Part shown: positions 37,522 to 46,867 of the stretch, piece by piece
How positions within the stretch are numbered: the stretch's first letter is position 1
Layout of the letters: each line of letters begins with the position of its first letter
NCBI GenBank assembly: GCA_017502915.1
Contig: JAFVUB010000014.1
Coordinates: 10,777 to 74,776 of the forward strand
DNA: 64,000 bases
Origin: Clostridia bacterium
GTDB taxonomy: Bacteria; Bacillota; Clostridia; Oscillospirales; CAG-272
Direction: 5' to 3'
Position numbers and translations under genes: made by a program
Notes under the pieces: generated by a model
The model's input: the letters and a program-made list of their open reading frames with translations, nothing else
What the model was told of the DNA's origin: nothing
Databases searched by the model: none

Positions 37522-37567
37522 CGACAACAAAAACCGACCCTGCGGAAAAAGCCCGTAAGGTCGGTTT
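37522..37567 (-). terminator. Riboswitch expression-platform terminator
   Basis: Minus strand reads aaaccgacc...ggtcggttt followed by tttttgttgt. It sits between the THI-box aptamer and the thiT RBS. Confidence 0.65.
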
Positions 37568-37571
37568 CTTG

Positions 37572-37665
37572 TTGACTTCCTACGCCGGTATTATCCGTAT
37601 CAGGTTAAAGGGTTTGAAGCCATGCCTCATCTCAGCCGACGAATGTCAGCACCCCTGCGAATATT
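37572..37665 (-). promoter_or_regulatory. TPP (THI-box) riboswitch aptamer
   Basis: Minus strand reads CGCAGGGGTGCTGACATTCGTCGGCTGAGATGAGGCATGGCTTCAAACCCTTTAACCTGATACGGATAATACCGGCGTAGGAAG. It contains the conserved GGGGTGC, CTGAGA, ACCCTTTnAACCTGAT.GGATAATaCC.GCGTAGG elements. Confidence 0.88.
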
Positions 37666-37688
37666 CAGTTGATGGGTCGTATGCCATT

Positions 37689-37716
37689 ATTATACTCGCT
37701 TTTCGCGAAAAGTCAA
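37689..37716 (-). promoter_or_regulatory. Sigma-A-type promoter candidate for the riboswitch-thiT unit (TTGACT-16-TATAAT)
   Basis: Minus strand reads taTTGACTtttcgcgaaaagcgagTATAATaatgg, about 25 nt upstream of the aptamer. Confidence 0.55.
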
Positions 37717-37722
37717 TAGTTT

Positions 37723-39126
37723 TTAATAAAAATTATAGTTGGGCGTTATGGTCGAGATGTCAACGTTGCTCTTATATTCCTCGTTGAAGGTTATCCCATC
37801 GACGTAAGGCCCAAGACGCTTCATGAAAAGATAGTTCACGATATCGGTGTTGAAATCGAAATTGAGGTTTTCGTCAACGAACCAGCCGGTGTACTTCGAC
37901 TCGGCGAATGCCTTCTCCTCAGGCTCGTATCTCATGATAATATGGAAGCCGTAATCTGACTTATAGAGAGTGAAATCCCCTACCTCGAGCTTGGCGACCT
38001 CCTTGCAAACGTCTTCAAGCATTTTTCCGTTGGTGGTATATCCCGAATAGGACTTACCTATTGCAAGATAGCACATCTCGCCGACGGTATTGTCGGCAAC
38101 AGAACCGTAATTGTTATCGTAAAGATTGATAAGATCCAAAAAGCCGTCGCCGTCGCCCTTAACGATGAGCTTCATCGTGTCCTCGGCTTCCTTTTTCAGT
38201 TTGGAAACCTTCTCTGCCGAGAAGTTTTCAATGATCTTGTTTCCCTTTTCGTCAAGCGCGTTCTTGCGTGCAACGAGTCCGGTCTTGCGATAAGCTATTT
38301 TAAGCTCGTCGCTTCCGGTATTGGCAACGAAATAGATCTTGTTGCCGTTGGCGTCGATGCCGTTCTCACCGTCAACTCTCACTCCGTTTTCGGTGTCGTA
38401 GGCTATAACGTCGTACGACTTTCCGTCGGCTGTTACTGCGGTCTTTATCTTTCCGTCAGCATCGGTTTCGTAATAAACGTCGTCGCCAAGGCTATCCTTG
38501 ACGTAGAGATAGTCGTAAGTTGGGATAAGGATCTGTCTGAACGCGACGTAATTTGCTTCCAAGTAATCCTGCTTTACGTTCTCGCCGACCTTAGAGGCAT
38601 TCGTTCCGTAAAGATGCTCCGAAAGCTTGGCAATCTTGGCGTTCATGATCTTGTAGTCGCGCAGGGTCTGATAGTTTGCACCGTACTGTGCGAGAATGCC
38701 GTTTAGTGTGTTCTTCGAGCCGTCACCGTCGTTCTTTACGAAGTCGTTCATTTCCTCATCAACAGCGGCGATCTCATCTGGCGTCAGCGACAGACCAAGC
38801 TCGTCAAAAAGGTTGAGCGCTGCCAGGCAGGTCTTGACCTTTTCGTCAACGATGTAGGTATAATATTCCTTGTACGTCATCTGGGTATCACCGTCGGTGA
38901 TGGTGTTCCAGAATACCGAACTGTTATAGTTGCCGTAGTTCGAGGTGATATAGAACGACAGATTTCCCTTCATGAGAGACGTCATAAGAGAATAGGTCGC
39001 GGTCGAGATCGTGTTGTTGCCGCCGCTTGCCAAAACCTGATCGTTCGTTGAGCAGGAAGCAAGTATTGCGGAACACATAACGATCGCCAGAAGCAATGAC
39101 AGTAGCTTTATTGCCTTGTTTTTCAT
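37723..39126 (-). CDS. PrsA/SurA-like peptidyl-prolyl isomerase lipoprotein (parvulin-type)
   Basis: ATG at 39126 after an acGGAGat RBS. Lipobox LASCS. The C-terminal parvulin-like end is KSDYGFHIIM. Its position downstream of mfd is typical of Firmicutes. Confidence 0.65.
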   Translation of the reverse strand: MKNKAIKLLSLLLAIVMCSAILASCSTNDQVLASGGNNTISTATYSLMTSLMKGNLSFYITSNYGNYNSSVFWNTITDGDTQMTYKEYYTYIVDEKVKTCLAALNLFDELGLSLTPDEIAAVDEEMNDFVKNDGDGSKNTLNGILAQYGANYQTLRDYKIMNAKIAKLSEHLYGTNASKVGENVKQDYLEANYVAFRQILIPTYDYLYVKDSLGDDVYYETDADGKIKTAVTADGKSYDVIAYDTENGVRVDGENGIDANGNKIYFVANTGSDELKIAYRKTGLVARKNALDEKGNKIIENFSAEKVSKLKKEAEDTMKLIVKGDGDGFLDLINLYDNNYGSVADNTVGEMCYLAIGKSYSGYTTNGKMLEDVCKEVAKLEVGDFTLYKSDYGFHIIMRYEPEEKAFAESKYTGWFVDENLNFDFNTDIVNYLFMKRLGPYVDGITFNEEYKSNVDISTITPNYNFY

Positions 39127-39173
39127 TAATTTTATCTCCGTATCTTTATTAGCTTCGATTATTCTACCATATT

Positions 39174-42100
39174 TCACTCGGATTGTCTACCTTTGTTTCG
39201 TGAAATTTGAGTATATTTTTCAAATAATCTGTTAAGGGTTTCAACCACTGAGCTTTTTTGCGAGATCCTACAGACAATAGACGGCTCAGCGGACATTACA
39301 ACTCGAAGCTTGCCTATCTCGTTGACATCTGCAAGCTCCTGCCAAACGTCAAGCTCAAATTTTTCGGGCGTTATGGTCACTTCTCCGCCGTTTTGGGTTA
39401 TCTTGGTAAATCCGCAGCTTATGGCGTCAGAGCGCAAAATCGCGATGTCCAAGAGATTTTGAACCTCGACGGGAACGTCGCCGTAACGGTCCGAAAGCTC
39501 GTCGATAAGGTCGTCTCGGTCTGCAGGGGTCGTAACGGTGGCTATTCGCTTATAAAGCGTCATGCGCTGGGGTTGGAACCTGACGTACTTTTCGGGAATA
39601 AAGGCGTTTATGTCGAGGCTGACGGTGCAGTCTGCCTTTGCCTTTTGCGGCTTTCCCTGCTCTTCAAGCACGGCATCGTGCAGCAGCTTGATATAAAGCT
39701 CGTATCCGATGGCGTCAAGGTGACCGTGCTGCTCGGCTCCGAGCAGATTTCCGGCTCCGCGAAGCTCAAGATCCCGTAGAGCTATACGGAATCCGGCGCC
39801 AAACTCCGAATATTCTCTTAGGGCTTCAAGACGCTTTTCGGCGATCTCGGACAGTGCTCGATTTTTTGGGAAAGTGAAATATGCATACGCTCGGCGAGAT
39901 GAGCGTCCGACTCGTCCGCGTATCTGATGAAGCTGAGAAAGACCCAGGCGGTGAGCGTTGTCAACTATCAAGGTGTTGGCGTTTGGAACGTCAACGCCCG
40001 TCTCGATTATGCTCGTGCAGATCAAAATGTCGGTTTCTCCAACCAGCATTGAATGCCAAATGTCCTCAAGACGGTCCTTGTCCATTCTTCCGTGAGCTGT
40101 GGTTATTCGGGCGTCGGGAAACGCGGCTAAGAGCTTTGAGGCTACGTTGTCGATGGTTTCTATGTTGTTATGCAGGTAAAACACCTGCCCTCCACGCTGA
40201 AGCTCGCGTCGAATGGCTTCAAATATTATTAGATCGTCGTCTTCAAGAACATAGGTCTGTATCGGCAAGCGATCTCCCGGCGCTTCGTCAAGGATAGAGA
40301 TATCGCGTATTCCTCCCATCGCCATATTCAGAGTTCGCGGAATGGGGGTTGCGGTCAGGGTCAGAACGTCGATATTACCCGACATCTGCTTGATCTTTTC
40401 CTTCTGTGTGACACCGAAGCGCTGCTCCTCGTCGACTATGAGAAGTCCGAGATCGTTGAACTCAACGTCCTTCGAAAGCAGACGGTGCGTTCCTATTATG
40501 ACGTCAACGTCACCGCGCTTAAGCGCGCGAAGCGTTGCAGCTTGCTGCTTGGGGGTCCTGAATCGCGAGACCATATCGACGCTGACCGCAAAGGATCGCA
40601 TACGTGACAGAGCGGTCTGATAGTGCTGAAGCGCGAGGATCGTTGTGGGGACAAGGATCGCCACTTGTTTACCCCCGAGAACTGCCTTGTACGCAGCTCG
40701 CAGAGCCACTTCGGTCTTGCCAAAGCCAACGTCTCCGCACAGAAGGCGGTCCATTGGAACGGGCTTTATCATGTCGTCCTTGATCTCATCGGTGACCGTA
40801 AGCTGAGAGTCGGTCTCCTCGTATTCAAAAGATGCTTCAAAGTCGCGCTGAAGATCGTCGTCTGCCGGGAAAGCATAGCCCGGTCGACGTGAGCGCTCGG
40901 CATACAGCTTGATGAGATCCTTTGCAATCTCTTTGACCGCCGCTTTTGCGCGCGCCTTTGCCTTTCCCCACTCGGCACCGCCGAATTTTGAGAGCTTTAC
41001 AAGTCCGTCCTCGGTACGTGCGCCAATATACTTTGAGAGCATTCCGATCTTTTCGGTAGGAAGATACAAACGGTCTGCCCCTGCAAAGCGAATGTTTATA
41101 TAGTCGCGGCTCGTGCCGTTGACGGTTAGGTTTTCGATACCCTCGTACTGTCCGATACCGTAGTTTTCGTGAACGACGTAGTCGCCGACCGAAAGCTCGG
41201 AATAAGAGAGTATGCTATCGTTAGACTTTTTCTTGGCGCTCTTTTTTCTTAATTTAGATGCGGCGGCTCCGGCAATGCGCTCGTCCTGAAGGGTCGACAG
41301 AACTGCAACGCGTGGCGTGATAAGCTCAAATCCGCGAACGGCGGAGCTGTGAGATACCGAGACCTCGCCGGGCTCCAGCTCGTCGACAGACGCGTTCTGC
41401 TTGGCGGAAAACCCGTTGTCCTTGAGATACCCGCAAAGGTTGGTCGATTCGGTCTCGTTCTCGGTTTCGATAAGAACCTTCCAGCTTCCCCGTTCATAGG
41501 CAACGAGATCCTCAAGAAGGAGCTTATAGTTTCCGGCGTAGGACGCCGTGTGGCGCGTTCTGAAATTGAACATGCCGCCGAGCTTTCTACCCGAAAGACC
41601 GCGGGCAAGAGAGTCTATATGAAGCGTTACGTTCCTATCAAAAAAGGCGTCGATCGCCGAGGGATCGCGGGAATATTCGGCGTATTTCGGCGAGATCATA
41701 CCCGATGCAACCAGCTCTTGTATGTTGTGGTCCGAATGCCATTTCGTTGCCTTTATTCGATCGTTTACGTCTTCGGTGTTCTTTACGAAAACCGTTGATC
41801 TCGACGGAAAATAGTCTAACAGAGTTGCTTTTTTGGGATAAATTTTGACGATGTATTTGTCCACGAATCCAACGTCGGCACTGCCGGAAATAGCGGCGGT
41901 CAGAGTGCTCTCCTCGCTTTGGAGCTCGGCGCGCACACGCTCGTCTGTGGCATTTTTTATCAGGTGTATAACCGACCGACGTATGTCCGCAAGATCATCG
42001 GCGTTTGCCAGGACCTCGCGCGACGGCGGAAGCTCGGCGTGTGAAACGTTGGTCGTGACTCGTTGCGTTGAGGGGTCGAAAAGCCCCATACGGTCGATCT

Positions 42101-42749
42101 CATTTCCGAAAAGCTCAACTCGTATCGGATACGAGCCACGAAGCGTGTTTCCGTCGTGGTCAACGTAATGACCGCGCGGCGGAAAGATATCAACGATTCC
42201 TCCGCGGCAAGCAAACTGTCCTGCCGAATCAACGAGATCGACACGTTTGTATCCCGAATCAACCAACCGCTTTGCAAGCTCGTTCAGTTCTATATCGGTC
42301 GAAAAATCGAGCTTGACGGTCGAGCTTTGAAGACGGTCGGGCGGTATCGTATATCCAAGAGCGGCATCAGGGGTGGTTACGACGGCATCAAGACCGCCGC
42401 AAAGTAACCCGTAAAGCACCATAAGCCTCTCATGCTCATAGTCATGGGAGGCTGAAATATTATAAAACGTAAGGTCTCTCGGAAGATAAAACGCGGCGTT
42501 TAGCGAGTTGACTCGCAAAAGATCGCAAAGTCTTGAGCATTCGCGCTCGTCTCGGCAGATGATAAGCGATGCTCCGCGCTGGTTGGTGAGATCTCGTATG
42601 AGCGAAACGAACAACGAATCGGATGCGCCGTCGCAAAGTCCCGTCAGTAACAACGGTGAGGGCTTAGATGTCGAAAATTCCCTCTTTAGCGCGTCGATGA
42701 CGGCGCCGTATTCGCGGTCTTGACGAATAGAATCGGTGAGATTTGGCAT
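39174..42749 (-). CDS. mfd: Transcription-repair coupling factor Mfd
   Basis: Start MPNLTDSI overlaps the pth stop (TGATG). Helicase motifs are GDVGFGKTEVA, DEEQRFGV and QLHQIRGRVGRS. The CarD-like segment VGDYVVHENYGIGQY is present. Confidence 0.93.
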   Translation of the reverse strand: MPNLTDSIRQDREYGAVIDALKREFSTSKPSPLLLTGLCDGASDSLFVSLIRDLTNQRGASLIICRDERECSRLCDLLRVNSLNAAFYLPRDLTFYNISASHDYEHERLMVLYGLLCGGLDAVVTTPDAALGYTIPPDRLQSSTVKLDFSTDIELNELAKRLVDSGYKRVDLVDSAGQFACRGGIVDIFPPRGHYVDHDGNTLRGSYPIRVELFGNEIDRMGLFDPSTQRVTTNVSHAELPPSREVLANADDLADIRRSVIHLIKNATDERVRAELQSEESTLTAAISGSADVGFVDKYIVKIYPKKATLLDYFPSRSTVFVKNTEDVNDRIKATKWHSDHNIQELVASGMISPKYAEYSRDPSAIDAFFDRNVTLHIDSLARGLSGRKLGGMFNFRTRHTASYAGNYKLLLEDLVAYERGSWKVLIETENETESTNLCGYLKDNGFSAKQNASVDELEPGEVSVSHSSAVRGFELITPRVAVLSTLQDERIAGAAASKLRKKSAKKKSNDSILSYSELSVGDYVVHENYGIGQYEGIENLTVNGTSRDYINIRFAGADRLYLPTEKIGMLSKYIGARTEDGLVKLSKFGGAEWGKAKARAKAAVKEIAKDLIKLYAERSRRPGYAFPADDDLQRDFEASFEYEETDSQLTVTDEIKDDMIKPVPMDRLLCGDVGFGKTEVALRAAYKAVLGGKQVAILVPTTILALQHYQTALSRMRSFAVSVDMVSRFRTPKQQAATLRALKRGDVDVIIGTHRLLSKDVEFNDLGLLIVDEEQRFGVTQKEKIKQMSGNIDVLTLTATPIPRTLNMAMGGIRDISILDEAPGDRLPIQTYVLEDDDLIIFEAIRRELQRGGQVFYLHNNIETIDNVASKLLAAFPDARITTAHGRMDKDRLEDIWHSMLVGETDILICTSIIETGVDVPNANTLIVDNAHRLGLSQLHQIRGRVGRSSRRAYAYFTFPKNRALSEIAEKRLEALREYSEFGAGFRIALRDLELRGAGNLLGAEQHGHLDAIGYELYIKLLHDAVLEEQGKPQKAKADCTVSLDINAFIPEKYVRFQPQRMTLYKRIATVTTPADRDDLIDELSDRYGDVPVEVQNLLDIAILRSDAISCGFTKITQNGGEVTITPEKFELDVWQELADVNEIGKLRVVMSAEPSIVCRISQKSSVVETLNRLFEKYTQISRNKGRQSE

Positions 42750-43399
42750 CAGTCGGTCACCTTTTTTGCGGCGTTGCAAAGCGCCATAGCTCCGTCGATA
42801 TCTCCTGCGATGATTTTTTCGATACCCGCCATCGCTCGGTCAAACCCTTCAAATATGATCTTTTGCTCATCCGATGTGAACTTCGAAAGAACCCAATCTG
42901 CCATGTCGTAGTTGGGATTGGGCTTTTCACCAACTCCGATCCGAAGACGCGGGAAAGCGTCTGAGCCGAGCTGATAGATGATATCTCTCAAACCGCGCTG
43001 TCCTCCGTCCGAGCCGCTTTTGCGAACTCTCATGCGTCCGACGGCAAGGGCTGTGTCATCTGAGATAACGATCAGGTTTTCAAGCGGTATCTTGTAAAAG
43101 TCCACTATCTGACGAACGGCACGTCCCGATGCATTCATATAGGTTTGCGGCTTAACCAGCAGAACCCGAGCTCCGCCAAGCCTCGCTTCGCAAAAAAGAG
43201 CATCGTATTTGGCTCGGTTGATCTTAACTTCAAGCTTTTGAGCGATGTAATCAAGTGTCAAAAACCCGGCGTTATGGCGCGTGAAAGCATACTGCTCTCC
43301 GGGATTTCCAAGGCCGACGATCACATGGGTTATAGGAGCTTGCTCGATCTCCGATCTTTCGGCTTCGATTTTTTTGAAAAGGTCAAGAATACTTGACAT
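42749..43399 (-). CDS. pth: Peptidyl-tRNA hydrolase
   Basis: Motifs VGLGNPGEQYAFTRHNAGF and SDDTALAVGRMRVR. There is a ~22-aa N-terminal extension before the conserved core. Confidence 0.9.
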   Translation of the reverse strand: MSSILDLFKKIEAERSEIEQAPITHVIVGLGNPGEQYAFTRHNAGFLTLDYIAQKLEVKINRAKYDALFCEARLGGARVLLVKPQTYMNASGRAVRQIVDFYKIPLENLIVISDDTALAVGRMRVRKSGSDGGQRGLRDIIYQLGSDAFPRLRIGVGEKPNPNYDMADWVLSKFTSDEQKIIFEGFDRAMAGIEKIIAGDIDGAMALCNAAKKVTD

Positions 43400-43552
43400 A
43401 ATTTCTCCAAACTAATTAGATTTTATATAGGTATTATACTCCCAAACGCTCGTCTTGTCAATCGAATTTTACTTTGATAGGGAGTTTTTGCTCGTATTTA
43501 AGAAAAAAGCTAAAATATTTTCAAAAAACACGAAAAAAATACCGCAAACCCC

Positions 43553-43582
43553 TTGAAAAATATGGACGTGTTGTGGTATAAT
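43553..43582 (+). promoter_or_regulatory. Sigma-A-type promoter candidate for ppdK (TTGAAA-18-TATAAT, TGn)
   Basis: ttgaaa at 43553-43558 and tggTATAAT ending at 43582. Confidence 0.55.
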
Positions 43583-43632
43583 AACCGATGAATGTATGAA
43601 TACAAAAACAAATTCAACATAGGAGAGAGAAT

Positions 43633-46263
43633 ATGAAGAAAAAGTATGTTTATCTCTTTACCGAAGGCAACGCCAATATGCGCGAACTGCTCGGAGGTAA
43701 AGGCGCTAACCTCGCCGAAATGACCAATATCGGTCTGCCGGTTCCCCAGGGATTCACCATTTCCACTGAGGCCTGCACCCAGTATTACGAGGACGGCAAG
43801 CAGATCAACCCCGACATCATGGCCGAGATTATGGAGAACATCGACAAGATGGAAGCCATCACCGGCAAGAAGTTCGGAGATCTTGAGAACCCGCTTCTCG
43901 TTTCGGTCCGTTCCGGCGCTCGCGCTTCGATGCCCGGTATGATGGACACCATTCTTAACCTTGGTCTTAACGAGGAAGTCGTTGAGGTTATGGCTAAGAA
44001 GTCCGGAAACCCCCGTTGGGCTTACGACTGTTACAGAAGATTTATTCAGATGTACTCCGACGTCGTTATGGAAGTCGGTAAGAAGTACTTCGAAGAGCTC
44101 ATCGATAAGATGAAAGAGGAAAAGGGCGTTACCCTTGACGTTGATCTGACTGCTGATGATCTTAAGGAGCTTGCAAATCAGTTCAAGGCTGAGTACAAGT
44201 CCAAGATCGGCGCAGACTTCCCGAGCGATCCTAAGGAGCAGCTCATGGGAGCCGTTAAGGCTGTTTTCCGTTCGTGGGACAACCCCCGTGCAAATGTTTA
44301 TCGCCGTGACAACGATATTCCCTACAGCTGGGGTACTGCCGTTAACGTACAGGCTATGGCGTTCGGTAACATGGGTGACGACTGCGGAACCGGTGTTGCC
44401 TTTACCCGTGACCCCGCTACCGGCGAGAAGAAGCTCATGGGTGAGTTCCTCACCAACGCTCAGGGCGAAGACGTCGTTGCTGGCGTTCGTACCCCGATGC
44501 CCATCGCCGAGATGGCAAACAAGTTCCCTGCAGCCTTCGAGCAGTTCCAGAAGGTCTGCCAGATCCTTGAGAATCACTATCACGATATGCAGGATATGGA
44601 GTTCACTGTTGAGAACGAGAAGCTCTATATGCTCCAGACCAGAAACGGCAAGAGAACCGCTCAGGCTGCTCTCCAGATCGCCGTTGACCTCGTTGCCGAG
44701 GGTCACAAGACCAAGGCTGAGGCTGTCAGCATGATCGATCCCCGTAACCTTGACACCCTGCTTCACCCGCAGTTCGACACCAAGGCTCTGAAGGCTGCAA
44801 CTCCTATGGGTCGCGGTCTCGGCGCATCTCCCGGTGCTGCTTGCGGACAGGTCGTCTTCTCCGCTGAGGATGCCGAGGCTTGGAACAACGCCGGCAAGAA
44901 GGTTATTCTTGTCCGTCTTGAGACCTCGCCTGAGGACATCACCGGCATGAAGGCTGCTCAGGGTATCCTCACCGTTCGCGGCGGTATGACCTCTCACGCG
45001 GCTGTTGTTGCCCGCGGTATGGGTAAGTGCTGCGTTTCGGGCTGTGGCGAGATCGCCATGGACGAGGAGAACAAGAAGTTCACACTCAACGGTAAGACCT
45101 ACAACGAGGGTGATTATATCTCGATCGACGGTTCTACGGGTAACATCTACGACGGTATCATCGCTACCGTTGACGCTGAGATCTCGGGCAACTTCGGCAC
45201 TATCATGGGATGGGCTGACGAGTTCCGTAAGCTCAAGGTCAGAACCAACGCTGACACTCCCGCAGACGCCAAGAAGGCTCGCGAACTGGGCGCTGAGGGT
45301 ATCGGTCTTTGCCGTACCGAGCACATGTTCTTTGAGGCTGAGAGAATCGCAGCATTCCGCGAGATGATCTGCTCTGACACTGCTGAGGAGAGAGAGATCG
45401 CTCTTGCCAAGATCCTGCCCTACCAGCAGGGTGACTTCGAGGCTCTCTACGAGGCTCTCGAGGGTGCTCCTGTTTGCATTCGTTTCCTTGATCCCCCGCT
45501 CCACGAGTTCGTACCCACCACTGAGGAGGATATAGCTCTTCTTGCAAAGGCACAGAACAAGACCGTTGAGGAGATCAAGACCATTATCGCATCGCTCCAC
45601 GAGTTCAACCCCATGATGGGTCACCGTGGCTGCCGTCTCGCAGTTACCTACCCCGAGATCGCAAAGATGCAGACCGCTGCCGTTATCCGCGCTGCTATCA
45701 ACGTTCAGAAGAAGCACGCTGATTGGAACGTCAAGCCCGAGATCATGATCCCGCTGGTTGGCGACGTTAAGGAGCTTAAGTACGTTAAGTCGGTCGTTGT
45801 TGCAACTGCCGATGCCGAGATCGCTGCCGCAGGCGTCAAGCTCGATTACGAGGTTGGTACCATGGTTGAGATCCCGAGAGCCTGCCTCACTGCTGATGAC
45901 ATTGCTGCCAACGCAGACTTCTTCTGCTTCGGTACCAACGACCTCACTCAGATGACCTACGGCTTCTCGCGTGACGATGCCGGTAAGTTCCTCAATGCTT
46001 ACTACGATGCAAAAATCTTCGAGAACGATCCCTTCGCAAAGCTTGACCAGACCGGTGTTGGTAAGCTGATGCAGATGGCTATCACCCTTGGTAAGCCCGT
46101 AAATCCCAACCTCCACGTTGGTATCTGCGGTGAGCACGGCGGTGACCCGTCCTCTGTTGAGTTCTGCCACAAGATCGGCCTTGACTACGTCTCCTGCTCG
46201 CCCTTCAGAGTTCCGATTGCAAGACTTGCAGCGGCTCAGGCAGCTATTGCAGAGAGCAAGTAA
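43633..46263 (+). CDS. ppdK: Pyruvate, phosphate dikinase
   Basis: 876 aa (GGKGANLAEM, phospho-His region GGMTSHAAVVARGMG, C-terminal PEP/pyruvate domain ...GICGEHGGDP). Confidence 0.95.
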   Translation: MKKKYVYLFTEGNANMRELLGGKGANLAEMTNIGLPVPQGFTISTEACTQYYEDGKQINPDIMAEIMENIDKMEAITGKKFGDLENPLLVSVRSGARASMPGMMDTILNLGLNEEVVEVMAKKSGNPRWAYDCYRRFIQMYSDVVMEVGKKYFEELIDKMKEEKGVTLDVDLTADDLKELANQFKAEYKSKIGADFPSDPKEQLMGAVKAVFRSWDNPRANVYRRDNDIPYSWGTAVNVQAMAFGNMGDDCGTGVAFTRDPATGEKKLMGEFLTNAQGEDVVAGVRTPMPIAEMANKFPAAFEQFQKVCQILENHYHDMQDMEFTVENEKLYMLQTRNGKRTAQAALQIAVDLVAEGHKTKAEAVSMIDPRNLDTLLHPQFDTKALKAATPMGRGLGASPGAACGQVVFSAEDAEAWNNAGKKVILVRLETSPEDITGMKAAQGILTVRGGMTSHAAVVARGMGKCCVSGCGEIAMDEENKKFTLNGKTYNEGDYISIDGSTGNIYDGIIATVDAEISGNFGTIMGWADEFRKLKVRTNADTPADAKKARELGAEGIGLCRTEHMFFEAERIAAFREMICSDTAEEREIALAKILPYQQGDFEALYEALEGAPVCIRFLDPPLHEFVPTTEEDIALLAKAQNKTVEEIKTIIASLHEFNPMMGHRGCRLAVTYPEIAKMQTAAVIRAAINVQKKHADWNVKPEIMIPLVGDVKELKYVKSVVVATADAEIAAAGVKLDYEVGTMVEIPRACLTADDIAANADFFCFGTNDLTQMTYGFSRDDAGKFLNAYYDAKIFENDPFAKLDQTGVGKLMQMAITLGKPVNPNLHVGICGEHGGDPSSVEFCHKIGLDYVSCSPFRVPIARLAAAQAAIAESK

Positions 46264-46291
46264 GTTTACAAGCTGATATAAAAAAGCAAAT

Positions 46292-46330
46292 AAAACCCGT
46301 GCAGCCTCTCGGCTGCACGGGTTTTATTAT
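46292..46330. terminator. Bidirectional intrinsic terminator
   Basis: aaaacccgtgcagcc-tctc-ggctgcacgggtttt, a 15-bp stem, followed by attattt. Confidence 0.8.
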
Positions 46331-46867
46331 TTAAAATCTTATTTTGTTTCTCAACTTTATTATATAGAGGCTTACGACTCGCGTTAATAGAAGGTCGTAA
46401 AGAAGGAATATCACGTTTCCTAAAGCAAACGTTAATATATGGTTCAGAACAGCGTTGTTGTCGGGTAAGATAGAAATGTCTATTGACGTAAACAAAAAGC
46501 GAACGATTACTAAAAGCAGAACAAGTGATATGTTAAAGCTCGCGAGCTTAATGATCCAAACGACTGTACGACTGCGAATACGCTCAAGCTTTTCTTTTAC
46601 TATAGGATAATATCCCGACAGTATAAACGCGACTGCTGCAAACTTGTTCGGTAAGAGCAGCAATGATATCAAAGCCACGACCGCATAGGTCAGCCATGGC
46701 CAATATCCCCCGCCCTCAATTACTGCAACTGTTATCAAAAGTGATGCAAGCATTGCCGCCGAGAGGTCAAGAGATTCGATAATGGAACCGAGTGACAGAA
46801 GCACTACGCCAAGCGCTGCAAGAACGGCGCAGAGTGCCGTAAGCCGTATTCTTTGCTTTCGCTTCAT
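46331..46867 (-). CDS. Hypothetical polytopic membrane protein
   Basis: ATG at 46867 ([16 protein letters not shown]...) overlaps the upstream stop (ATGA). At least four hydrophobic segments. Confidence 0.6.
   Translation of the reverse strand: MKRKQRIRLTALCAVLAALGVVLLSLGSIIESLDLSAAMLASLLITVAVIEGGGYWPWLTYAVVALISLLLLPNKFAAVAFILSGYYPIVKEKLERIRSRTVVWIIKLASFNISLVLLLVIVRFLFTSIDISILPDNNAVLNHILTFALGNVIFLLYDLLLTRVVSLYIIKLRNKIRF

Noticed and set aside
42749-43399. The ~22-aa N-terminal extension on Pth, as a possible mis-start.
   Set aside because: The ATG at 43399 has a good RBS (tGGAGa) and there is no in-frame alternative start before the conserved VGLGNPG core. I kept it as annotated.
43510-46170. 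An 886-aa ORF on the minus strand covering almost all of ppdK.
   Set aside because: It is the codon-aligned antisense frame of ppdK (both frames share the same triplet phase, position mod 3 = 1). Its stops would correspond to sense TTA, CTA or TCA codons, which this highly codon-biased gene simply does not use. The translation is low-complexity (Leu/Val/Gly/Ser/Asp-rich) with no motifs, no RBS and no promoter. The sense strand is an unambiguous pyruvate phosphate dikinase.
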